Below the pieces are notes generated by a model, which saw nothing but the letters and a program-made list of their open reading frames with translations, had not been told where the DNA came from and did no database searches. From positions 1 to 14,047 of the forward strand of contig JAYUEN010000277.1 in the NCBI GenBank assembly GCA_043739185.1: DNA of 14,047 bases, read 5' to 3'. This document shows positions 1 through 6,930 of this stretch, piece after piece. The position numbers were made by a program, and so were the translations under genes. Origin of the DNA: Bdellovibrionales bacterium (GTDB lineage: Bacteria > Bdellovibrionota > Bdellovibrionia > Bdellovibrionales > JAMPXM01). Within the stretch, counting starts at the first letter, position 1. Each line of letters begins with the position of its first letter.

Positions 1-974
1 CCGACTTTAATTGTCTTCTGCAGTTTTTCAAATTCGTTTAGACCTTTAACCTGACCTTTTTTGGTATTGGCTTCTAAGCTATATGCAATATTTGCAGCAG
101 GAGAGAAACTAACCGACGCCTCATTTGCCTCAACACTTATATTTTGACTCATATTAATGAGTTTAATTTCTCCGGAATCAACTTGAATACTTAAAGAAAT
201 GGCTTGGGGAATTTTGATTTCACAGTTTGCGCTATCGGCTACTTGATCAAGTGCCAAAGTAACTAAGCCGGACGGAGATTTTCGAATGAAGGCTTTGGCA
301 AATCCCAAACTTGAAATTTTACAGTCATAGGTAATTCCGGGATTATTACTGAGGCTTATATTCAGCTTTGCGCTTTTGGCTTGAATCATAATAGCGGAGA
401 TACCCTCGCTCTCAAAACTTCCATTGATATTCTCTTGAGCATTGAGCGATTCATCTTCTGATGCCTGTGGGTTAGGACTTTCGGCATTGAGATCATTTGG
501 GTCATGATCTTCGCTATCGTCACTATGAGAGGGCTTAAATAAATTAAAGCCTTTGAAAATTCGAAAACTTTGCACGCCATCTGGTTGCTGCCCCAGTTGC
601 ACGGCGATGCGATTGAGTCCCCATGGTATGACAAAGGGAAGGGACAATGTACAAGTAGTCAAAATAAAAAAGCCTGCCAGTATAGATAAGACTAAAAAAG
701 TGCCAAAATTTCTTGTTTTCGAAGTTTTGGGTTTTCGCGGTTTGAATCCACGTTCAATTCGAACTCGATTCGCGACCTGCATAGGTTCGCCCATTTTTTT
801 CAAAACTTCTTCAACTTTGAGCTCGGGGGCGACATTGAGTTGTGCTCGGATCTGCTGATTCAAATCAAGTAGGAGTTGAGCTCGATCGGTGGCCTGTAGC
901 TCCATTAAAAATAGTTCAACGCGATCAAGCCAGGATTCGATCTTATCGGTTTCGAGTGTGTCGAGAATTCTCAT
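1..974 (-). CDS. Membrane protein with N-terminal HAAS/DUF1700-like helical domain, one TM segment, acidic linker and C-terminal DUF4097/toast-rack-like beta domain (partial; runs off the left edge)
   Basis: Manual translation from ATG 974 stays open for 324 codons to the window edge. N-terminus MRILDTLETDKIESWLDRVELFLMELQATDRAQLLLDLNQQIRAQL...VEEVLKKMGEPMQVANR fits the HAAS pattern (W/Y-L-xx-L...E-V-L-xx-L/M-G-x-P-xx-V-A). It is followed by hydrophobic FGTFLVLSILAGFFILTTCTLSLPFVIPW, a D/E/S-rich linker and beta-repeat-like EIKIPQAISLSIQVDSGEIKLINMSQNISVEANEASV. Absent from the ORF track because there is no stop in the window. Confidence 0.8.
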   Translation of the reverse strand, partial: MRILDTLETDKIESWLDRVELFLMELQATDRAQLLLDLNQQIRAQLNVAPELKVEEVLKKMGEPMQVANRVRIERGFKPRKPKTSKTRNFGTFLVLSILAGFFILTTCTLSLPFVIPWGLNRIAVQLGQQPDGVQSFRIFKGFNLFKPSHSDDSEDHDPNDLNAESPNPQASEDESLNAQENINGSFESEGISAIMIQAKSAKLNISLSNNPGITYDCKISSLGFAKAFIRKSPSGLVTLALDQVADSANCEIKIPQAISLSIQVDSGEIKLINMSQNISVEANEASVSFSPAANIAYSLEANTKKGQVKGLNEFEKLQKTIKV

Positions 975-981
975 AACACTA

Positions 982-1011
982 TTTATAATCCTCAAATTGG
1001 ACTTCTTGCAA
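982..1011 (-). promoter_or_regulatory. Candidate sigma70-type promoter for the HAAS gene, possibly leaderless
   Basis: On the minus strand: TTGCAA (1011-1006), 18 nt spacer, TATAAA (987-982), then 7 nt to ATG 974. Confidence 0.35.
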
Positions 1012-1054
1012 AGCCTTCTCGCGCGTTTGCTTCTTTATATGCAAGAGGTCTAAT
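996..1054. repeat. Short palindromic (MITE/RPE-like) element, copy 1
   Basis: ATTGGACTTCTTGCA (996-1010) and TGCAAGAGGTCTAAT (1040-1054) form a 15-bp inverted repeat with two G-T pairs, plus an inner AAGC/GCTT pairing. The 16-mer ATATGCAAGAGGTCTA (1037-1052) recurs exactly at 4777-4792. Confidence 0.7.
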
Positions 1055-1117
1055 CGAATCGCACTTGCTTGCTGCGCTTGAAAAGCGGTAGTCTGAAATT
1101 TTGATAAAGGATAATTT

Positions 1118-1690
1118 GTGAGCAAAGCTTTTGTAAATGAAGATGCGGCAGGTGAAGAAGATGATCTCAATGATGCGCCAGAAGCAGAAGAGGCAGAAAA
1201 AGGATTTGTATTAGTTAAAAATTATATTACTCCGTTTGGCGCTCAAAAATTAAAAGATGAACTAGAGTCCTTACTTGTAAAAGAGCGACCAAAATTAGTT
1301 GAAACCATCGCTTGGGCCGCAAGTAATGGCGATCGCTCTGAGAATGCTGATTATATTTACGGAAAAAGACGATTAAGAGAAATTGATAAGAGAGTGCGTT
1401 TTTTGCACAAACGTCTTGATATTGCTGAAATAGTTGATCCTGAAAAACAGCAATCTGACAAAGTTCTATTTGGTGCCACGGTTACCATAAAAGACGAAGC
1501 GGAAGTCGAACGCGCCTATAAAATCGTCGGAATTGATGAGAGCGATGCTAAAAACTTCTGCGTGAGTTGGAACTCCCCAATAGGAAAAGCCCTTTTACAG
1601 AGCAAGACCGGCGACTTTGTCTTAGTTAAAACTCCTAAAGGAGATGAAGAGATAGAAGTTTTGAAAATAGAGTATAAAAAGATCTTTTAA
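1118..1690 (+). CDS. greB: Transcription elongation factor GreB
   Basis: GTG start after AAGGA. Motifs NYITPFG, WAASNGDRSENADYIYGKRRLREIDKRVRFL, VLFGATV, YKIVGIDE and SWNSPIGKALL are GreB-type. Confidence 0.95.
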   Translation: MSKAFVNEDAAGEEDDLNDAPEAEEAEKGFVLVKNYITPFGAQKLKDELESLLVKERPKLVETIAWAASNGDRSENADYIYGKRRLREIDKRVRFLHKRLDIAEIVDPEKQQSDKVLFGATVTIKDEAEVERAYKIVGIDESDAKNFCVSWNSPIGKALLQSKTGDFVLVKTPKGDEEIEVLKIEYKKIF

Positions 1691-1746
1691 GGCATAAATG
1701 CAAAAGCTGCTGGCGCGGTGTTTCAGGTGGTGAGGAAGTTAAGAGC

Positions 1747-1992
1747 TTAGGATTTTTTCTCTTTGACATTCTCGGTTGCTGTTGTCTGAGCTTGAGTGGG
1801 ATCAGTCGGACGAATTTGCTGGTTTGGGTTCGCAGCTTGATTGATTTCATTTGTCGTCTCACTCAAACCATCTTTGAAGCCACGAATTGCCTTTCCGATA
1901 GACTGACCGAGTCCTGGCAGTCGGCTGGGACCGAAAAATACCAATAAGATAACTGCCAATACCAAAAGGTGCATAATGCTAAACTCACCCAC
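1747..1992 (-). CDS. tatA: Twin-arginine translocase subunit TatA/TatE
   Basis: Probable GTG start at 1992 after GGAGG (2001-1997), giving MGEFSIMHLLVLAVILLVFFGPSRLPGLGQSIGKAIRGFKDGL. This has the TM helix, FG hinge, amphipathic helix and polar tail of TatA. Confidence 0.92.
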   Translation of the reverse strand: MGEFSIMHLLVLAVILLVFFGPSRLPGLGQSIGKAIRGFKDGLSETTNEINQAANPNQQIRPTDPTQAQTTATENVKEKKS

Positions 1993-2061
1993 GTTGCCTC
2001 CAGAATGAAGTTTTATGACCAAAGTCTAATGCATTTTATTGACCTTGTCATTAGCTTCGTT

Positions 2062-2252
2062 GTCTCGCAAGACTTCACTCTCCCTATCGGTTGTCTCAAA
2101 GCGAAACTTGAGATAACGATTGGGCGCAGCAAATAAAGGCTTGTTCATCTGCACCCTTATCGTTTTATACTCTCACCTGCTGTCTGCAGCACATATTGCC
2201 AGGAGCACGACATAGTTCGCTGCTGGTAATAAATAATATTTTCGACAGGGAG
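2062..2252. other. Structured intergenic region between divergent tatA and dedA (candidate cis-regulatory RNA or sRNA)
   Basis: Several stems seen: 2090-2099/2108-2117, 2115-2129/2149-2164, 2178-2182/2187-2191, 2195-2202/2223-2230, and a long-range 2080-2089/2243-2252 pairing. No known RNA family recognised. Confidence 0.35.
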
Positions 2253-2259
2253 TTCTAAA

Positions 2260-2916
2260 TTGCTTTCACAGCTAGCTTACTTTTTTCATAATATGCCAGA
2301 GGTTATTAATTCATGGTCCGTCTCGATGGGCCCAATGGTTTACGTTTTTTTGTTTCTTATAATTTTTTCTGAAACAGGCTTGATCATTTTGCCTTTTCTG
2401 CCTGGTGATTCACTACTCTTTGCGCTCGGAGCACTATCTGCCGCGAGTGAATCCAATCTACATATAGGCTATTTGATTCTTCTCTTGCCTTTTGCAGCAT
2501 TGGGCGGGGATTTTTTGAATTACAATGTCGGTAAATTTCTGGGGCAAAAAGTTTTAAATTCGAATTCTAAATTAATAAATGCAAAACATCTTGAAAAAAC
2601 CCAGGCCTTTTATCAGCGCCACGGCGGAAAAACCATTTGCCTCGCCAGATTTGTCCCTGTGGTGCGAACCTATGCGCCTTTTGTTGCGGGTGTTGGACAA
2701 ATGAAGTTTACGAAATTTATTAGTTATAGCGTAGTGGGTGCTTACGCTTGGATCATATCGTTTTTAAGTTTGGGTTATTTTTTCGGAAATATTCCCAGTA
2801 TCAAAACCAATTTTCATTATGTGATTTTGGGAATTGTGGTGATTTCTGTTATGCCTGCAGTTTTTGAATACTGGAGATCGGCGCGCGAAACCAAGAGATC
2901 TCTTGCTACAAAATAA
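2260..2916 (+). CDS. dedA: DedA family (VTT/SNARE_assoc) inner membrane protein
   Basis: TTG start after GGGAG. Motifs FSETGLIILPFLPGDSLLFALG, GDFLNYNVG, FYQRHGGKTICLARFVPVVRTYAPFVAG and LGYFFG. Confidence 0.93.
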   Translation: MLSQLAYFFHNMPEVINSWSVSMGPMVYVFLFLIIFSETGLIILPFLPGDSLLFALGALSAASESNLHIGYLILLLPFAALGGDFLNYNVGKFLGQKVLNSNSKLINAKHLEKTQAFYQRHGGKTICLARFVPVVRTYAPFVAGVGQMKFTKFISYSVVGAYAWIISFLSLGYFFGNIPSIKTNFHYVILGIVVISVMPAVFEYWRSARETKRSLATK

Positions 2917-2931
2917 TTTAGAGAAGGAAAT

Positions 2932-4737
2932 ATGAAAAATTTTATTAAAGCCGTATTAGCTCGAGCCATTGGGACACTCATTGGCTGGGTCGCATTTGTC
3001 GTTTTGATTGTGATTGCGGTCAATCTTTTGAGTCACAATATTCAAGGCATAAATGATCCAATTGCAACCAACTCGATTCTTCATTTGAAAATCAAGGGAC
3101 TTTTACGGGATCGTATTCAATCCATTGATTTAGAAAGTATCATTAGTTCGCGTGAGCGTGGAATGGGACTCTATGAAATGATTCAGGCCATCACCGTCGC
3201 GAAAAGCGACTCGCGCATAAAAGGAATTTATTTGGATTTCAGCCCATTTCAAGCTGGATGGGCGGATTTGCAATCCCTGCATCGCGCACTGGATGACTTT
3301 GCAAAAAGTAAAAAATTTATTTATGCCTATGCAGATGCCTACTCTCAAAAGTCCTATTTTTTAGCAACCGCTGCGGATAAAATTTTCGTAGAGCCAAATG
3401 GCGAAGTTGAGATGAATGGCCTTGAAATGAACGAAATGTTTTTGAAGGGTTTGCTCGATAAGCTTGAGGTTCAACCCAAAATCTTTCGAGTCGGTCGCTT
3501 CAAGGCCGCCATTGAACCCTTGATTCTAGATAAAATGAGCCCTGAAAATCGCGCGCAAAATCAAATGCTCTTGAACGATATTTGGTCAGAGGCCAGACGC
3601 CAGGTTTCGGCGGTTTCTCAAAAATCCCCTGAAGCAATTGATAAAGCAATAAATGCTCTACAAATTAATTCTGCTAAATCTGCAAAAGAACTTGGGTTGA
3701 TTCATCAATTGGCCTTTGAAGATGAAGTGCTCGATTTAATGAAGGCCAAAACTGTAGGAAAAGATCATGATCTTAATGTTGTCGGTCCAATGCGCTTATT
3801 GAAAGATCAGGGCGAGAAGACCGCACCAGTGAAAAAAGCTAAAAACAAAATTGCACTTATATTTGCTGAAGGTGAAATTTCAAATGGAGAAGGCGGCAGA
3901 GATTCAATCGGATCGGAATCTATCGTTTCCGATCTTGAAGATGCTCAGGCAGACAAAGAAGTGAAAGCGATTGTCCTCAGAATCAACAGCCCCGGTGGCG
4001 ACGCGCTTGCCTCAGATGTGATCTGGCGTGAAATTCAAAAAATCGATAAAAAGATACCGGTGGTGGTTTCAATGGGAAATGTGGCCGCTAGTGGCGGCTA
4101 CTATATGGCGGCAGCTGCCCGATATATTTTTGCCGAACCAATGACGATTACTGGCTCAATAGGAGTATTTGGAATTATGGCTAATACCGAGCGATTTTTT
4201 AAAAACAAACTTGGTATTAGCTTCGATGGTGTTGTGACTCATGAACATTCCGATATCGGAAATTCGAATCGTCCTATGACAGAAATGGAATCTCGCTTTA
4301 TTCAGAGTAGCGTTGAAAGAGTATATGGTCGATTTTTAGACGTGGTAAAAACCGGAAGAAACTTTAAGAGCGTCAAAGATGTCGCCGAAATTGCCGAAGG
4401 CCGGGTTTGGTCCGGATTGAAAGCAAAAGAAGTAGGTTTAGTCGATGAGCTTGGCGGCCTAAATGCAGCAATTGAAAAAACCGCAGTCATTGCCAAATTG
4501 AGTAAACCTTATCGTATTGAGACCTTTCCTAAAACCGAAGAGCGCTTTGTGCAATTTTTTGAAAGATATTTGGGCGACAGCTTTGAGGAGTTTCTAAGTA
4601 TAAAAATCAGGCGTTCACTGGCGAGTTTGAATTGGTTCAAGACTCTCGAAAGTAGTTTTTTGAATTTGAGTTCAGAGTCTAGCTTATTTAAATCTGGCAT
4701 ATATGCGCGGATGATTTCAATTCCTGAGATTGACTAG
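2932..4737 (+). CDS. sppA: Signal peptide peptidase SppA (protease IV, 67K two-domain type)
   Basis: N-terminal TM anchor. Motifs DSRIKGIYL, FRVGRFKAAIEP (catalytic Lys region), VLRINSPGG, SMGNVAASGGY (catalytic Ser), TITGSIGVFG and AEGRVWSG...GLVDELGG. Starts 15 nt after dedA, so probably an operon. Confidence 0.96.
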   Translation: MKNFIKAVLARAIGTLIGWVAFVVLIVIAVNLLSHNIQGINDPIATNSILHLKIKGLLRDRIQSIDLESIISSRERGMGLYEMIQAITVAKSDSRIKGIYLDFSPFQAGWADLQSLHRALDDFAKSKKFIYAYADAYSQKSYFLATAADKIFVEPNGEVEMNGLEMNEMFLKGLLDKLEVQPKIFRVGRFKAAIEPLILDKMSPENRAQNQMLLNDIWSEARRQVSAVSQKSPEAIDKAINALQINSAKSAKELGLIHQLAFEDEVLDLMKAKTVGKDHDLNVVGPMRLLKDQGEKTAPVKKAKNKIALIFAEGEISNGEGGRDSIGSESIVSDLEDAQADKEVKAIVLRINSPGGDALASDVIWREIQKIDKKIPVVVSMGNVAASGGYYMAAAARYIFAEPMTITGSIGVFGIMANTERFFKNKLGISFDGVVTHEHSDIGNSNRPMTEMESRFIQSSVERVYGRFLDVVKTGRNFKSVKDVAEIAEGRVWSGLKAKEVGLVDELGGLNAAIEKTAVIAKLSKPYRIETFPKTEERFVQFFERYLGDSFEEFLSIKIRRSLASLNWFKTLESSFLNLSSESSLFKSGIYARMISIPEID

Positions 4738-4792
4738 ACCTCTAGAGCGGATGCCATCACTTTGTCGAACGACTAAATATGCAAGAGGTCTA
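4735..4792. repeat. Short palindromic (MITE/RPE-like) element, copy 2, overlapping the sppA stop codon
   Basis: TAGACCTCT (4735-4743) and AGAGGTCTA (4784-4792) form a perfect 9-bp inverted repeat. The right end shares 16 identical bases with copy 1. Confidence 0.7.
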
Positions 4793-4799
4793 TTAATTC

Positions 4800-4837
4800 T
4801 TGGTTAAGACTAGATCATAGGTCGAGTTTTTAACCAA
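4800..4837. other. Stem-loop downstream of sppA (possible terminator-like or protein-binding palindrome)
   Basis: TTGGTTAA (4800-4807) and TTAACCAA (4830-4837) are perfect arms, extendable by GACT/AGTT and GATC/GGTC. There is no clear U-tract. Confidence 0.35.
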
Positions 4838-4946
4838 AAGTCGAGGACCGGATATAGATTCATTATTGAGATTAGTGTAGCGTCTTTAACTATTGCTCAG
4901 GCAAAATAAAAGAATGCCTCAAAGAGCAATTAAAAAAGTAACGGAT

Positions 4947-6431
4947 ATGGAATCAGACAACAGCAAACCTCTCGGAAGCGTTTTTGATCTCAAACTATTT
5001 GATAGTTTGGTTAATGGTGTGATCGTCGTAGACGAAAATTTGAGGATGATTTACGCCAATCCTGCGATTCAACAAATGTGCGGACTTCATTCGAATCGCA
5101 TTGGCAAAAAAGACATCAATTCAATTTTGACGTTCGAGCCAGATGTGCTTGCCGAAGGTTTAAAAAATATTACGGATGCGACTCCTTATCGTGAAGTCAT
5201 TATGAAGCCAAAAGCGAGTTCTGCGGCTCGCATTCAGGTGACAATTCAAGCTCTCCCGGGGCAAATCATTGATGGTGAAGTGGTGCCAACTGCCTCGAAA
5301 GACCCCCAGCAATGGCTCATCTTCATTCACGATGTGACCCTTGAAGAGCGACTGCAAAAAAAGTATTTTGAGCAATTGAAAGAGAAAGAAGAATTCATTC
5401 GAAAGTTAGATCGAAAACTTTATGAAACTTCGGTCATGTTTGAGCTCGCGCAAGGGATGAATCTTTTTAAAGAGCTCAATGATATTTTGAATTTGATTCT
5501 AACCAAATTAGAAGACGCCTTTGCATTTTCTCGTTCAGTCGCTGGCAAAGTTGATCGCGATACTTTCTTTTTACAAACGGCAATTATTCGAGAAAACTCA
5601 GTTGCACTGAGCACCACTCACCGCGCTACAAAGAATGAATGGGTCAAGAGCTTTTATTTAAAAGCCTTGGCGGTCGGAGAGCCTTGTCATTTTAAAAAAG
5701 GCGCTAACGCCGACATTGATGCTTTTCTGCATGAAGCTTTTAAGGTGAGTTATTCAAATTATTTGTTTGTGCCGCTCGTTCATAAAGAAGAAGTTGGCTT
5801 TCTTTTTCTGCTCGATGCAAAGCAAGCCTGGAGGGGCGATGACGATGACTTGAGCTTGCTCTTCGGTATTGCCAATCAATTACTGCTGGCGATCGACAAT
5901 CACCGTCTTTATACAGAGTCTATGATTGATACTCTTACCGGGCTTTATAATTTACGATTTTTTCAAGAAAGACTATTGCTTGAATTTAAACGCGTAAAAC
6001 AAACCACAAAACCACTTTCAGTTTTGATGATTGATGTCGATTTCTTTAAGAAATTTAATGATAATTATGGGCACGCAGTTGGCGACGTCGTTTTAAAGCA
6101 AGTTGCACAAGGTATTTTGAAGACCTGTCGAGAAACCGATACGGCGGCTCGCTATGGAGGCGAAGAATTCGTCGTCATATTGCCTGAAACTGATACCGAA
6201 GCGGCATATATTGCAGCAGAACGAGTGCGCAAAAAGATCGAATCCATTCCGCTTAAAGTGGGTGATGCGAGTCTTAAGATCACCGCGAGCATTGGGGCAG
6301 CTACTTTCCCTGGAAATTGCAAAAATATGTCGGAACTCGTAAATTGTGCTGATTCGGCAATGTATGTTGCCAAACGAAGTGGGCGAAACAACTCGAAGCT
6401 TTACGATCCTGATCAGCCGAAAGAATCCTAG
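4947..6431 (+). CDS. Diguanylate cyclase, PAS - coiled coil - GAF - GGDEF
   Basis: PAS-like LFDSLVNGVIVVDENLRMIYANPA...IHDVT; coiled coil; GAF-like YLFVPLVHKEEVGFLFL...DDLSLLFGIANQLLLAIDNHRLY; GGDEF domain DTLTGLYN, MIDVDFFKKFNDNYGHAVGD, RETD (I-site), ARYGGEEF, ADSAMYVAKRSGRN. Start uncertain (ATG 4947, ATG 4914 or TTG 4893). Confidence 0.93.
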   Translation: MESDNSKPLGSVFDLKLFDSLVNGVIVVDENLRMIYANPAIQQMCGLHSNRIGKKDINSILTFEPDVLAEGLKNITDATPYREVIMKPKASSAARIQVTIQALPGQIIDGEVVPTASKDPQQWLIFIHDVTLEERLQKKYFEQLKEKEEFIRKLDRKLYETSVMFELAQGMNLFKELNDILNLILTKLEDAFAFSRSVAGKVDRDTFFLQTAIIRENSVALSTTHRATKNEWVKSFYLKALAVGEPCHFKKGANADIDAFLHEAFKVSYSNYLFVPLVHKEEVGFLFLLDAKQAWRGDDDDLSLLFGIANQLLLAIDNHRLYTESMIDTLTGLYNLRFFQERLLLEFKRVKQTTKPLSVLMIDVDFFKKFNDNYGHAVGDVVLKQVAQGILKTCRETDTAARYGGEEFVVILPETDTEAAYIAAERVRKKIESIPLKVGDASLKITASIGAATFPGNCKNMSELVNCADSAMYVAKRSGRNNSKLYDPDQPKES

Positions 6432-6457
6432 AACGTGATTTTGGTGAGGAGACAATT

Positions 6458-6823
6458 ATGTCGAGTATAAAAGCTTCGGGAAGTGGCGTTGGTTCTGGCG
6501 CGAATGTGGCCCGAGATGGTGGTGCCACCGAAACCATTCGAAAGCTGCAAGATACCTATACTGAAAGAGAAGTTGAGCAGGGAAAAAAGCATCGTGAAGA
6601 GCTCATTACGGTAAATGAGAATCACAAAGAGGAACTTCAAAAAATACAAGATCAGCACGAAAGAGCCCTGCGCGATATAAAGGCACGTAGTGATGACACC
6701 GTCACCAAACAGGACATGAATTACCAAAAAGAAATAAAAGACCTAAAAGATATGTACAATCGACGTCTTGAGCGCCTCGCCGTAGAGAATAAAAAGGCGA
6801 CCGAAAACGGCACTGAAAGCTAA
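6458..6823 (+). CDS. Hypothetical small coiled-coil protein (121 aa)
   Basis: Strong RBS GAGGAG (6446-6451). Gly/Ser-rich N-terminus followed by a highly charged helical sequence (HREELITVNENHKEELQKIQDQHERALRDIK). No signal peptide or TM segment. Confidence 0.8.
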   Translation: MSSIKASGSGVGSGANVARDGGATETIRKLQDTYTEREVEQGKKHREELITVNENHKEELQKIQDQHERALRDIKARSDDTVTKQDMNYQKEIKDLKDMYNRRLERLAVENKKATENGTES

Positions 6824-6891
6824 GACTTAGCTCAAATACGTCACAGCCTAAGCTCTACCTTCACTATATTTCATTTGAATCCTGCGCTGAA

Positions 6892-6906
6892 TGGCACCTG
6901 CTTTGT
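6892..6906 (+). promoter_or_regulatory. Candidate sigma54 (-24/-12) promoter for the VWA lipoprotein gene
   Basis: TGGCAC-CTGCT-TTGT matches TGGCAC-N5-TTGC except for T at the conserved -12 C. It ends 24 nt before the ATG at 6931. Confidence 0.45.
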
Positions 6907-6930
6907 ATTTCTTATAAGCTGGGTGGATAA

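Noticed and set aside
386..858. ORF-track calls 386..634 (-) and 553..858 (+)
   Set aside because: Both lie within the long minus-strand frame 974->1, which has a coherent domain architecture. They are shadow ORFs.
979..1170. 63-aa minus-strand ORF running through the palindromic element
   Set aside because: It overlaps the greB start antisense and has no recognisable protein features. There is no support for an RPE-style in-frame insertion in a real gene.
1118..1210. Acidic N-terminal extension of GreB (MSKAFVNED...)
   Set aside because: Similar MSKAF-plus-acidic extensions are common among GreB proteins, so this is not novel.
1993..2022. Longer TatA start given by the ORF track
   Set aside because: GTG 1992 follows GGAGG and gives a typical TatA N-terminus. 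The extension has no support.
2044..2252. Assignment as 6S RNA, SRP RNA, or a glycine, c-di-GMP or yybP riboswitch
   Set aside because: Only fragments match (e.g. GGGAGAG...CGAAG on the minus strand) and the required conserved cores were not found. Left as an unassigned structured region.
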